Positions 38,063 through 48,046 of a stretch of DNA of 64,000 nt are shown here, one piece after another. Origin of the DNA: Flavobacteriales bacterium (lineage in GTDB: Bacteria; Bacteroidota; Bacteroidia; Flavobacteriales_D; Crocinitomicaceae); the NCBI GenBank assembly GCA_013373595.1, contig JABXHO010000001.1, positions 4,919 through 68,918 on the forward strand, given 5' to 3'. The notes beneath the pieces were generated by a model. That model was given only the letters and a program-made list of their open reading frames with translations. It did not search any database and was not told where the DNA came from. The first letter of the stretch is position 1, and every line of letters begins with the position of its first letter. The translations under genes were made by a program, and so were the position numbers.

Positions 38063-38603
38063 TTATTTCCATTTGATTCCACAGCCGATACTTGGCTTTT
38101 GAACCGCTGTATTCGTTTCTCCGCGTAACAAGCAATCCAATGCCATTCGAAGGTCTTTTCCCGTTACTGGAACCTCATTGCTAGGCCGAGAATTGTCCGT
38201 GGTACGTCAATTTTAATTCAGCATCGAAAACATACAAGTCAGGAGTACACGCAGCATTGTACGCTTTCGCAACTTCCTGCGTTTCATCGTATAAATAAGG
38301 ATATCCCAAACGTTCTCCAATAGCTTTCATGAATTCAGGACCGTCCTGTGGATGCGTCTCAACATTATTACTGCTAATCGCAACTAGGTTAATTCCTGAA
38401 CTGGCGTAGTCTTTTCCGAGCTGAATCAATTCATCCATCACGTGAATCACAAAAGGACAATGATTGCAGATAAAGAAGATGGCTGTTCCTTTTTCTCCTT
38501 TCAGATCTTGAAGACACTCCATTTGTCCATCGACGGTATTCAATAATTCAAAGTCAGGTGCTTGCGTACCCAATTCGAAGGTTGAAGATGTTGTCAATGC
38601 CAT
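38063..38603 (-). pseudogene. thioredoxin/AhpC-TSA-like protein gene interrupted by a frameshift near 38183-38203
   Basis: The N-terminal 140 codons (FICNHCPFV redox motif) stop at 38181. In the adjacent frame, 40 further codons stay open from 38183 to the TAA at 38063-38065 and read PSNEVPVTGKDLRMALDCLLRGETNTAVQKPSIGCGIKWK. The total span of 541 nt equals 3n+1. Confidence 0.6.
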
Positions 38604-38621
38604 AGAACGCAGTTCTTTTTA

Positions 38622-41081
38622 TTAGTAAAGAGCAGGATAGTTCTCTGGATCAGCTTCGCTTATAATAGCGTATGCCTTTTCAACAATATCTTCTACACTT
38701 GGTTTTGAGAAGTAATCTCCATCTGAGCTATACGCTGGACGGTGATCTTTCGCACTCAAGGTTTCTGGAGCTGAATCCAAGTGGTAGTATCCATTTTGTT
38801 TCACTAAGATTTGATCCAACATGAATGCCGTTGCTCCGCTGCTTACGTCTTCGTCAACAATCAACAATCGGTTTGTTTTCGCCAATGAATCTTGAATAGA
38901 GTGATTGATATCGAAAGGCAACAAAGTTTGCACATCTATCAATTCTACTGAGATGTCCAATTCTGCCAATTGCTTCAAGGCCATTTCACACAAGTTGAAC
39001 GTTGATCCGTACGATACGATCGTTAAATCCGTTCCTTCTGCTACTACTTCAGGAATTCCCAAAGGCTCTCTGAACTCTCCAATATTAGATGGAACACGTT
39101 CTTTGGTTCTGTATCCATTCAATGGCTCAACAACTAACGCGGGATCATCTCCTGCCATTAACGTGTTGTAGAAACCAGCGGCTTTCGTCATGTTTCGAGG
39201 CACACATACGTACATTCCTCGTAACGAGTTGATGATCATTCCCATTGGAGAGCCACTGTGCCAAATCCCTTCCAATCTGTGTCCACGCGTGCTTACAATC
39301 AATGGAGCTTTTTGTCCACCTTTTGTACGGTATTGCACAGTTGACAGATCATCAGACAATACTTGAATTCCATAAAGTAAATAATCCAAATACTGAATTT
39401 CAGCAATCGGTCTCAAACCACGCATTGCCATTCCGATTCCCTGTCCAAGGATAGTACACTCGCGAATTCCAGTATCCGATACGCGGAGTTCGCCGTGTTT
39501 TTCTTGCATTCCTTCGAGGGTTTGGTTTACACCTCCAATTTTTCCAGCATCTTCTCCGAAGACAAGTGCTTGTGGGTATTTCTGAAGAAGGATGTCGTAG
39601 TTGTCACGAAGAATGATTCGACCGTCATCCATTTTTCCTGAATCGTCATATGTTGGAGCAATTGGCTCCACTTTCAATGCCGAGTGCTCCGAATCAGAGT
39701 ATAATTTTGAGCTGTATCGGTCGAAGTTTGTATCAATTTGAGTTTGAATCCAACTTGATAATAGTGCTTTTTCGGCAATATTTTCATAGCGAACCATGCG
39801 CAATACTTTTCGGGCAGCCCCAAGAATATCACGTCGGATTGGATCCATTTCATTTTCTAGTTCAGACGCAATTTTTTCGATGAAAACTTTATTCTCGCTA
39901 GCATTTGCTACTGTTCGAATCAATGCAACAGCATCTTTTAAATCCGTTTTTAGTTGTGCGGTAAAGGCTGTCCATGCTGCTCGTTTTTGTTCTGCAACGG
40001 ACTTTTTCGCTTCTTTTTGAATTTCGTCAAGTTCTTCTGCTGTGGCAATTGTTAATCCATCTGGCGTACTGTAATCGGTAATCCAATTTCTGAATTTGTT
40101 GATGCAGTCGAACTCTGTTTCCCACGCCAAACGCTCTTCGTCTTTGTAGCGCTCGTGAGATCCACTCGTAGAGTGACCTTGCGGTTGATTCACTTCTTTC
40201 ACGTGAACAAGCACAGGAATGTGTTTTTCTCTTGCAATCTTTACCGCTTGCTCGTAGGTGCTGCACAAGTGCGCGTAGTCCCAACCTCTTGTCACGAAGA
40301 TTTCATATCCGTTGGTGTCTCCTTCAGTTCGCTTCATTCCAGAAAGTGCATCAGAAATGCTTCCTTTTGTCGTTTGAAACTTTCGAGGGACAGAAATTCC
40401 GTAACCATCATCCCAAACAGACATAACCATTGGTACTTGTAGAACACCAGCGGCATTAATTGTTTCCCAGAATGGACCTTCCGAAGTAGAAGCGTCACCA
40501 ATGGTTCCAAATGCTACTTCATTTCCTCCGTTTGAGAATTTTTTGAATTCCTCCAAGTCTTTCAACGTTGGGTGCTCACGGTAAACTTTTGAAGCTTGCG
40601 CCAATCCTAGCAAACGAGGCATTTGTCCTGCAGTTGGAGAAATATCAGCGGAACTGTTTTTCTGCTCCATCAAATTTTTCCAATTCCCGTTATCATCTAG
40701 GTTTCGAGTAGCGTAGTGTCCACCCATTTGTCGACCACCTGACTGAGGTTCGTGTTCGATATCGGTGTGTGCATACAATCCTGCGAAGTATTGTTGAACA
40801 TCCAATTGACCGATAGCCATCATGATGGTTTGGTCGCGGTAGTAACCTGATCGGAAGTCTCCATCTTTGAATTGTTTGGCCAATGCAATTTGAGCCAATT
40901 CTTTTCCATCTCCGAAAATTCCGAACTTCGCTTTACCCGTCAAAACTTCACGCCTGCCGAGTAACGACGCTTCACGTGAAATGGATGCTAATTTGAAATC
41001 TTCGAGTACTTGCGTTTTGAATCTTTCGAATTCTGCACTTTTCTTTGGATTTTTGACGGATGTTTTTGCCATAGTGTTCAA
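38622..41081 (-). CDS. 2-oxoacid dehydrogenase E1 component, fused alpha and beta subunits
   Basis: 819 aa. The N-terminal half is the TPP-binding alpha part, and the C-terminal half has transketolase-like pyrimidine-binding and C-terminal domains. Confidence 0.85.
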   Translation of the reverse strand: MNTMAKTSVKNPKKSAEFERFKTQVLEDFKLASISREASLLGRREVLTGKAKFGIFGDGKELAQIALAKQFKDGDFRSGYYRDQTIMMAIGQLDVQQYFAGLYAHTDIEHEPQSGGRQMGGHYATRNLDDNGNWKNLMEQKNSSADISPTAGQMPRLLGLAQASKVYREHPTLKDLEEFKKFSNGGNEVAFGTIGDASTSEGPFWETINAAGVLQVPMVMSVWDDGYGISVPRKFQTTKGSISDALSGMKRTEGDTNGYEIFVTRGWDYAHLCSTYEQAVKIAREKHIPVLVHVKEVNQPQGHSTSGSHERYKDEERLAWETEFDCINKFRNWITDYSTPDGLTIATAEELDEIQKEAKKSVAEQKRAAWTAFTAQLKTDLKDAVALIRTVANASENKVFIEKIASELENEMDPIRRDILGAARKVLRMVRYENIAEKALLSSWIQTQIDTNFDRYSSKLYSDSEHSALKVEPIAPTYDDSGKMDDGRIILRDNYDILLQKYPQALVFGEDAGKIGGVNQTLEGMQEKHGELRVSDTGIRECTILGQGIGMAMRGLRPIAEIQYLDYLLYGIQVLSDDLSTVQYRTKGGQKAPLIVSTRGHRLEGIWHSGSPMGMIINSLRGMYVCVPRNMTKAAGFYNTLMAGDDPALVVEPLNGYRTKERVPSNIGEFREPLGIPEVVAEGTDLTIVSYGSTFNLCEMALKQLAELDISVELIDVQTLLPFDINHSIQDSLAKTNRLLIVDEDVSSGATAFMLDQILVKQNGYYHLDSAPETLSAKDHRPAYSSDGDYFSKPSVEDIVEKAYAIISEADPENYPALY

Positions 41082-41222
41082 TTTGAGTGGTGCAAAAGTA
41101 CGAATTTGAGCGGTAAAAATAAAGCCCTTGAAAAGGGTGTGTTTTCATCCGTTTTTTTTGAACGTTTTCATCCTTTAAGTCAATTATTTAAACATTTGAC
41201 TCAACAATATGCGATTCAATTC

Positions 41223-41230
41223 TAACTTTG
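41223..41230 (+). promoter_or_regulatory. -7 promoter box TAACTTTG
   Basis: Lies in the divergent region upstream of 41235 and 41383. Confidence 0.3.
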
Positions 41231-41234
41231 CATT

Positions 41235-41342
41235 ATGGATTTCAAGGATAAAATAAAGAAATACGCGCCCTATTTTGTTGACGTGTGGCAATATTTGGTG
41301 ATCATTTTGATCTTTATTATTGCAGCATTGTTCATTTTATAG
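41235..41342 (+). CDS. possible small membrane protein (35 aa)
   Basis: ATG-to-TAG ORF MDFKDKIKKYAPYFVDVWQYLVIILIFIIAALFIL with one TM. It is below the ORF-track threshold and unsupported by homology. Confidence 0.25.
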   Translation: MDFKDKIKKYAPYFVDVWQYLVIILIFIIAALFIL

Positions 41343-41382
41343 TTAAGAAGGTAATTCGTAACTTTCGAGAAATTACGCTCGA

Positions 41383-43716
41383 ATGAAAATTTTCTACTTT
41401 TTACTTCTTACACTTTCTCCACTTTTTTCTCTTTCTCAGGTGAATATTGATTCGGTTGGGCATGTCGATTATGCGGCATTGCACAATACAGGGTTGAATG
41501 ATATTTGGGGGTATGTAGATGAAAATGGCAACGAATATGCCCTCGTTGGAGGAAAAAAAGGAACAGGAGTGGTCGATGTAACAGACCCGTCGAATCCTGT
41601 AGAAGTTTTTTGGGAGCCAGGTATGGAATCCGTTTGGCGTGATTTAAAATCGTTTGGGGATTATGCATACGTTACAACTGAAGCGTTGAATGGACTCTTA
41701 ATTGTTGATCTTTCTCCATTGCCAGCCTCCACGGCACTCACAACGAATTATTATTTCGGTCCCACAGGTCAAGAATGGCAATCGGCGCACAATATATACG
41801 TTGATTCACTCGGGTATGCATACATTTTTGGTGCGAATAGAGGAAATGGAGGTGTGATCATTTTGGATGTGGCTACCGATCCAATGAACCCAATTGAAGT
41901 GGGCGTGTTTGATGATTGGTACGTTCACGACGGTTATGTGCTGGGAGATACGATGTACCTCGCTCATATCAATGATGGTTTCATTAGTATCGTAGATATC
42001 TCAGACCGATCGAACCCTGTCTTGATGGGAACAAAAAATACCCCGAGCAACTTCGCGCACAATATTTGGGTTTCTGCTGATGGACAATATGCATATACAA
42101 CGGACGAATTACCTTATTCTTACATCACAGCTTACGATATTTCTGATCCCGCGAATATCGTGGAAGTAGATCGAATTCAAAGTTCGCCAGGGGTCGGCAC
42201 GATTCCGCACAATGCACATGTTATGGGTGATTTCGTGATCACAAGTCATTACTCTGATGGAGTCGTGATTCATGATGCGACTTATCCGTACAACTTAATT
42301 GAAGTGGGGGACTACGATACTTATCCAGCACAAAACCTCGATTACGATGGCTGTTGGGGAGCATATCCGTACTTACCTTCGGGCTTGTTATTGGCAACAG
42401 ACCGAACAGAAGGCTTGTTTTTATTGTCTCCTACTTACGAGCAGGGCGCGTACTTGGAAGGAATTGTTACAGACGCATCCACAACATCACCTATTGATTT
42501 AGTTGATATTGAAATTGTAGGTTCTGATCAAAATGGAACGTCCAATGTAACAGGTTTCTACGCAGCAGGCGTTCTTAATTCAGGAACGTATGATGTTACC
42601 TTTTCAAAAGTGGGGTATTTCCCACAAACGGTTTCGGTGAGTCTTACACAAGGTGTAATTACGACGCAAGATGTCGCTTTAGTGCCAATCCCACCATTTA
42701 ACTTAACGGTAAAAGTGAGAGAAGCCGGAACGAACGACCCAATTATTGGTGCGGATATCCTGCTTGAATGTACGCTACTCGAAACTTCAGGTCAGTCGAA
42801 CGGTTTGGGTGAACGCAATTTTACGTTGTATTATGAAGAACCATACCGCATTTATGTCGGTAAATGGGGATACGTCACTCAATGCTTCGATCAAGCAATC
42901 GATCAAAATACGGGAGAAATTACCGTTACCTTAGAGCCAGGGTTCTATGACGATTTCACCTTCGACTTTGGTTGGTCAACAAACAACTTGGCTGCAACAG
43001 GACATTGGGAACGCGGTAAGCCAAACGGATCTAATGGTGGTGGAACCCCTTCCTTCGATGCTCCAATAGATTGTGGTGAGAGCGCATTCGTTACAGGAAA
43101 TGCTGCAGGTGTAGATGTTGATGGAGACGACGTGGATGGAGGATCTGTAACATTGATATCTCCGGTAATGGATTTGACGGTATACACAGATCCACAGGTA
43201 AACTACGCGCGGTGGTTCTACACGCAATTTGGGCCCAGTCAACCAGATGATTCATTAAAAGTAATGGTGAGTAATGGTGTGACAATGGCGCAGATTGACA
43301 TCATTGGCGAAGATGTTTCCACCTTTGGAGCATGGCAATATGTCAATTTACGATTACAAGATTATATCACGGTGACTTCGACGATGCAGTTCTTTTTCCG
43401 AACTTCCGATTTTGACCCAGATATTAACATTACGGAAGCTGGCGTGGACATGTTTTTCATTAACGAACATGTAGTCGGAATTGATGAAAAAGAGTTGACA
43501 CGTATTCAAGCTTTCCCCAATCCAACGAATGGAAAAATTGAGTTGTCAAACATTGAATCTGAACAATCGTACGAAGTACTTGATGCAAGCGGAAAAATAA
43601 TTCGGTCAGGAACTGTAAGTAAAGCGTTGAATGAAATTGACATCGAATCGGTGGAGACTGGACTCTATTTTGTGCACGTTTCGGATCAAATAATTAAAAT
43701 TTTTAAAACAAATTAA
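41383..43716 (+). CDS. LVIVD-repeat / choice-of-anchor B family surface protein with T9SS type A sorting domain
   Basis: Signal peptide, LVIVD-like repeats (GLLIVDLSP, GVIILDVA, FISIVDIS), a CarboxypepD_reg-like segment, and a C-terminal tail (FPNPTNGKIEL...IKIFKTN). Confidence 0.8.
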   Translation: MKIFYFLLLTLSPLFSLSQVNIDSVGHVDYAALHNTGLNDIWGYVDENGNEYALVGGKKGTGVVDVTDPSNPVEVFWEPGMESVWRDLKSFGDYAYVTTEALNGLLIVDLSPLPASTALTTNYYFGPTGQEWQSAHNIYVDSLGYAYIFGANRGNGGVIILDVATDPMNPIEVGVFDDWYVHDGYVLGDTMYLAHINDGFISIVDISDRSNPVLMGTKNTPSNFAHNIWVSADGQYAYTTDELPYSYITAYDISDPANIVEVDRIQSSPGVGTIPHNAHVMGDFVITSHYSDGVVIHDATYPYNLIEVGDYDTYPAQNLDYDGCWGAYPYLPSGLLLATDRTEGLFLLSPTYEQGAYLEGIVTDASTTSPIDLVDIEIVGSDQNGTSNVTGFYAAGVLNSGTYDVTFSKVGYFPQTVSVSLTQGVITTQDVALVPIPPFNLTVKVREAGTNDPIIGADILLECTLLETSGQSNGLGERNFTLYYEEPYRIYVGKWGYVTQCFDQAIDQNTGEITVTLEPGFYDDFTFDFGWSTNNLAATGHWERGKPNGSNGGGTPSFDAPIDCGESAFVTGNAAGVDVDGDDVDGGSVTLISPVMDLTVYTDPQVNYARWFYTQFGPSQPDDSLKVMVSNGVTMAQIDIIGEDVSTFGAWQYVNLRLQDYITVTSTMQFFFRTSDFDPDINITEAGVDMFFINEHVVGIDEKELTRIQAFPNPTNGKIELSNIESEQSYEVLDASGKIIRSGTVSKALNEIDIESVETGLYFVHVSDQIIKIFKTN

Positions 43717-43758
43717 GATCGATTCCGTATTCAGGAGAGAACCGCAGAACGGTTTCAT

Positions 43759-43766
43759 TATATTTG
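43759..43766 (+). promoter_or_regulatory. -7 promoter box TATATTTG
   Basis: Lies 23 nt upstream of the start at 43789. Confidence 0.35.
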
Positions 43767-43788
43767 TCTGAATTTTTAAAGAGCCGAT

Positions 43789-44748
43789 TTGGAGTATAAA
43801 CTTGACATTTCCGTAGTTGTCCCACTTTACAATGAAGTAGAATCACTTCCTGAGTTGTTTGAATGGATCAAACGCGTAATGAATGAGAACAAATTTTCAT
43901 TCGAAGTTGTTTTCATTGATGATGGAAGTAAAGATGGATCGTGGAATGTTATTGAAAAGTTAAGCTCCGACCATTCTGAAGTTGTTGGAATTAAGTTTCA
44001 ACGTAACTACGGGAAATCGGCAGCCTTGCAAAAAGGATTTGAAGCGGTTCGCGGAAAAGTGGTAATCACTATGGATGCGGATTTGCAAGATTCTCCTGAT
44101 GAAATTCCAGAGTTGTATCGAATGATTACCGAAGATGATTTTGACGTCGTTTCGGGATGGAAAAAGAAACGTTACGACCCATTGTCGAAAACAATTCCAA
44201 CCAAATTATACAACTGGGCAGCACGTCGTATTACTGGAATCTACTTGCACGATTTTAATTGTGGTTTGAAAGCCTACAAGAATGTCGTTGTGAAAAGCAT
44301 TGAAGTATATGGGGATATGCACCGATACATTCCGCCATTGGCAAAATATGCGGGGTTCAATAAAATTGGAGAAAAAGTAGTGCAGCATCAAGCACGAAAA
44401 TATGGGGTTACCAAATTCGGATTGAATCGTTTTTTGAACGGTCCGCTCGATTTGATGACAGTCGCCTTTATGGGACGTTTTGGAAAGAAACCCATGCACT
44501 TTTTTGGGGCAATCGGAACAATGATGTTCATTATCGGTTTCTTCATCACCTTGTACATGATTATAGATAAAGTCTTTATCGACACAACAGGAAGGTTGAT
44601 TGCAGAGCGAACAGAATTCTTTATTGCACTAGCGGCAATGGTCATCGGATCGCAATTCTTCCTCGGAGGATTCATCGCAGAAATGGTGGGAAGGTCATCC
44701 GAATCTCGTAACAATTACTTGGTTGAAGAAACAATCAATGTCGATTGA
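43789..44748 (+). CDS. family 2 glycosyltransferase (polyprenyl-phosphate glycosyltransferase-like) with C-terminal TM helices
   Basis: ISVVVPLYNE and DADLQD motifs. The apparent start is TTG, with no in-frame ATG nearby. Confidence 0.85.
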   Translation: MEYKLDISVVVPLYNEVESLPELFEWIKRVMNENKFSFEVVFIDDGSKDGSWNVIEKLSSDHSEVVGIKFQRNYGKSAALQKGFEAVRGKVVITMDADLQDSPDEIPELYRMITEDDFDVVSGWKKKRYDPLSKTIPTKLYNWAARRITGIYLHDFNCGLKAYKNVVVKSIEVYGDMHRYIPPLAKYAGFNKIGEKVVQHQARKYGVTKFGLNRFLNGPLDLMTVAFMGRFGKKPMHFFGAIGTMMFIIGFFITLYMIIDKVFIDTTGRLIAERTEFFIALAAMVIGSQFFLGGFIAEMVGRSSESRNNYLVEETINVD

Positions 44749-45280
44749 TCACTGGAATATTGATGGAACGTGGACGCTCTTTCTCGATCGAGATGGAGTG
44801 ATCAACGAACGTATCATGGGTGGATACGTCACCAACCCAAATGAATTTGAGTTTCTACCAAATGCGCCCAAAGCAATAGCTCGTCTTTCACGTATTTTTC
44901 ACCGCGTTATTGTGGTGACAAATCAGCAAGGAATTGGAAAAGGATTGATGACAGAGCGTAACGTTTTGGAAGTTCATTCTTATATGTGCGACGAGGTTCA
45001 TCAAGCGATGGGGAAAATCGATAAGTGTTTTTTTGCACCGAATTTAGCTGGGGCAGAGGAAGACCTTCGAAAGCCTGGACCCGCGATGGCGGAAATGGCG
45101 AAAATGGAGTTCCCAGAGATTGAATTCGAGCGGAGTGTGATGGTAGGAGATACGGATTCGGATATCTTGTTTGGCAAGAATCTTGGTATGAAAACAGTTA
45201 GAATAAAAACAGTGGAGCCGATAAATGTAGAAGCTGATTTTACATGCGAGAGTTTAGACGAATTTTCGAAAATGATTTAA
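44738..45280 (+). CDS. gmhB: D,D-heptose 1,7-bisphosphate phosphatase-like HAD-IIIA hydrolase
   Basis: LFLDRDGVIN and VVTNQ motifs with GDTDSDI. Overlaps the GT2 stop by 11 nt. Confidence 0.75.
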   Translation: MSIDHWNIDGTWTLFLDRDGVINERIMGGYVTNPNEFEFLPNAPKAIARLSRIFHRVIVVTNQQGIGKGLMTERNVLEVHSYMCDEVHQAMGKIDKCFFAPNLAGAEEDLRKPGPAMAEMAKMEFPEIEFERSVMVGDTDSDILFGKNLGMKTVRIKTVEPINVEADFTCESLDEFSKMI

Positions 45281-45282
45281 TT

Positions 45283-46035
45283 ATGAAGCGATACCTTACG
45301 ATTTTAATATGTTTCCTTTCTGTGGCAGCCTTTGCGCAAGTGAATAAGACAGACCCACAAGGGAGAAAACAAGGAAAATGGGAAAAAGTGTACCCTGGAA
45401 CACGGGTGTACATGTATCGTGGAGAATTCAAAAATGATAAACCGGTTGGAACCTTTGTGTATTTCTATAAATCTGGAAAATCGAAGGCGGTAATTGAGCA
45501 CGGAGCAAACGGTCGTTCGGAAGGATATTTCTACCACGAAACAGGTGGTGTGATGAGCTATGGAATCTACAAAGATTTCAAAAAAGACAGTATTTGGGTC
45601 AATTGGGACAAAATTGGACGATTGAGTAGTAAGGAGTCGTACAAAAATGATTCTCTCCACGGAATCAAAGTCGTGTATTATTTGCCAACAGAACAAGGTG
45701 ACAAATCTCAACGTCCAATGTCAGTTGAATACTATGAGAATGGCAAACTCCACGGAGATTTCAAAGAGTATTTCGAAAATGGAAAAACCAAGACAACTGG
45801 TAGTTACAAGAATGGTAAAAAACATGGTGTTTGGGAAAGTTATCACGTAGATGGAGGTAAGATGTCCTTGGAGCGTTACAAAGATGGAATTCGACACGGT
45901 TGGTGCATCGCCTACACGAAAAGTGGTAAAGAGGAAGGTCGTAAGTACTACTACTATGGTCGATGGCTGCAGGGCAAAGAGTTGAAAAAGAAAATGTCTG
46001 AAATGAAGCGTTTGGGAATTAATCCAAATGAATAA
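45283..46035 (+). CDS. MORN-repeat-variant (YwqK-like) secreted protein
   Basis: Signal peptide MKRYLTILICFLSVAAFAQ and repeated G-x-W-x-x-Y-x-x-G-K units. Confidence 0.75.
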   Translation: MKRYLTILICFLSVAAFAQVNKTDPQGRKQGKWEKVYPGTRVYMYRGEFKNDKPVGTFVYFYKSGKSKAVIEHGANGRSEGYFYHETGGVMSYGIYKDFKKDSIWVNWDKIGRLSSKESYKNDSLHGIKVVYYLPTEQGDKSQRPMSVEYYENGKLHGDFKEYFENGKTKTTGSYKNGKKHGVWESYHVDGGKMSLERYKDGIRHGWCIAYTKSGKEEGRKYYYYGRWLQGKELKKKMSEMKRLGINPNE

Positions 46036-46050
46036 GCCAACGAAAAGCGC

Positions 46051-46058
46051 TATCTTTG
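46051..46058 (+). promoter_or_regulatory. -7 promoter box TATCTTTG
   Basis: Lies 14 nt upstream of the ATG at 46072. Confidence 0.35.
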
Positions 46059-46071
46059 CGTCTTTAAGCTA

Positions 46072-46758
46072 ATGTTGTCGAAATTCTACTACTTTCTCCC
46101 AGTTGTATTCGTTGCTCTCATGGTTTTTGGGTGCAAGAAAGATAATTCCGTTGATTTTCATTTTGAGTATTTTGGAATGGAGCAAGGTCGATACATCATT
46201 TACGATGTAACGGAAATCACGCACGATGATGCTCTAAATCAGCACGACACTTCCATTTATCAATTAAAAACGTATTGGGCCGATACTTTTGTAGACAATC
46301 AGGGAAGAACGGCGCGAGAGTTTTGGCGCTATATCCGCCCTACAGAAAATGACCCTTGGCAATTAGAGGATATTTGGACGGGATTGTATGATGGAATCCG
46401 TGCCGAATTAGTAGAGGAGAATCAACGGGTGGTGAAATTGGTGTTTGCTCCAACTCAAAACAAGGAATGGGATGCCAACGCCTATAATATGGATGGTGAG
46501 CAAATCTGTTATTACAGAGACATTCATGGAGATACCACCATCGACAATACTTCCTTCGATCCTACGTTGGTTGTGGAACAAGAGCAATTCAATTCATTGA
46601 TCGACTCCGTTCATCGTTATGAAATGTACGCAAAGGGAATAGGAATGATTCTCAAGTATGAGCGTGATTTACACTATCAAATCAACAATCAGTCCCAGAT
46701 CTATCTAGATGAGGGAACGGAGCGCTATTACCGTTTTGTCGGGGCAGGATTTGAGTAG
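46072..46758 (+). CDS. hypothetical lipoprotein
   Basis: Lipobox-like VFGCKKD after a hydrophobic signal. Confidence 0.6.
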   Translation: MLSKFYYFLPVVFVALMVFGCKKDNSVDFHFEYFGMEQGRYIIYDVTEITHDDALNQHDTSIYQLKTYWADTFVDNQGRTAREFWRYIRPTENDPWQLEDIWTGLYDGIRAELVEENQRVVKLVFAPTQNKEWDANAYNMDGEQICYYRDIHGDTTIDNTSFDPTLVVEQEQFNSLIDSVHRYEMYAKGIGMILKYERDLHYQINNQSQIYLDEGTERYYRFVGAGFE

Positions 46759-46852
46759 TACATCAAGTAAAAGAAAGACTATCGCAATCGCGAAATCAAA
46801 AGATTTTGAGAGAATTCTTCAGAATTGAACACAGCTTCGTACATTCGTAGAC

Positions 46853-47971
46853 ATGAAAATCGCCCTCTTTTCTGCTTTTTATCCGTACCGTGGAGGAATC
46901 GCTCAGTTTTCGGCCATGCTTTACCGTGCACTCGAAGTAAATCATGAGGTGAAAGCCTTTACATTCAAACGACAGTACCCCAATTTTTTATTTCCTGGAA
47001 AGACACAGTTTGTTACGGAAGCAGATATTGCTGATTCCATTCCTGCACAACGCGACTTAGATTCGATCAATCCCTTTACTTTTGGTCGATCGGCGCGAAA
47101 CATCAATGAATTTCAACCGGATTTATTCATCGGTCAATACTGGATGACCTTCTTCGGTCCATCGGTAGGGAACATGCACAAGCGATTGAAAAAGGGAACA
47201 AAACGTATCGCTATTTTGCACAATGTGATTCCGCATGAGAAACGTTTTTTCGACAAAGGAGCCAACAATTATTTTTTGAAACAAAATGAAGGCTTTGTGG
47301 TGATGAGCGATGCGGTACTCAACGATTTATTGTCGCTGAAACCAGATGCAAAGTACCTTCGGATTGATCATCCTGTCTATAATCAGTTTGGTGAGAAGCA
47401 GGAACGAAAACAGGCGCTTCAGAAGCTGAAATTGAATCCAGAAAAAAAGTACTTGTTGTTTTTTGGGTTTATCCGAGGATATAAAGGATTGGATTTGTTG
47501 TTGCAAGCCCTTCCAGAAGTGGATGAATCCATTGAATTAATCGTAGCGGGTGAAATTTACGGATCGTTTGATGCGTACCAAGAAATCATCGATCAGAAAG
47601 AGATAAGCAAACGCGTTCATCTTTTTACCGATTACATCTCTGATGATCAAGTTTCTGATTTTTTCTCTGCAAGCGATGTTTGCATGCTTCCGTACAAAAG
47701 TGCTACGCAAAGTGGAATTACGGCGATAGCACATCATTTTGATTTGCCTATTATTGCGACGGACGTAGGTGGATTAAAGGAAAGTATTCATCACGAATCG
47801 AATGGGTTGATTGTGCCAACACCTGAGCCAAAAGCCATCGCAGCTTCCATCACTCGATATTTTGAGGAAGATATGAAAGACAAGATGAGTAAACAGATTG
47901 CCTCCGAAAAAAAAGATAATTCATGGGAGAACTTTGCTCAACGTGTAATTGAGTTCGCAAATCAATTGTAA
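46853..47971 (+). CDS. family 4 (GT-B fold) glycosyltransferase
   Basis: The C-terminal half has the typical E-x7-E region (ESNGLIVP) and a GT1/GT4 layout. Confidence 0.8.
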   Translation: MKIALFSAFYPYRGGIAQFSAMLYRALEVNHEVKAFTFKRQYPNFLFPGKTQFVTEADIADSIPAQRDLDSINPFTFGRSARNINEFQPDLFIGQYWMTFFGPSVGNMHKRLKKGTKRIAILHNVIPHEKRFFDKGANNYFLKQNEGFVVMSDAVLNDLLSLKPDAKYLRIDHPVYNQFGEKQERKQALQKLKLNPEKKYLLFFGFIRGYKGLDLLLQALPEVDESIELIVAGEIYGSFDAYQEIIDQKEISKRVHLFTDYISDDQVSDFFSASDVCMLPYKSATQSGITAIAHHFDLPIIATDVGGLKESIHHESNGLIVPTPEPKAIAASITRYFEEDMKDKMSKQIASEKKDNSWENFAQRVIEFANQL

Positions 47972-48046
47972 TTGAATCAATTATTCCCTGTTCTCAGAAA
48001 CAACATCTTCAGTAAAATTTACTAAATTCGCTCTCGCACAAGAAAC

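Noticed and set aside
37944-38135. 63-aa minus-strand ORF downstream of the truncated thioredoxin-like gene.
   Set aside because: It is the wrong frame. The frame that continues the family-like C-terminus (PVTGKDL...GCGIKWK) is a different one, so this region is treated as part of the frameshifted pseudogene.
45283-46035. MORN/YwqK-like protein, sometimes labelled an antitoxin. I considered a toxin-antitoxin module.
   Set aside because: It has a signal peptide, there is no adjacent toxin-like gene, and its neighbours are glycosyltransferase and heptose-pathway genes.
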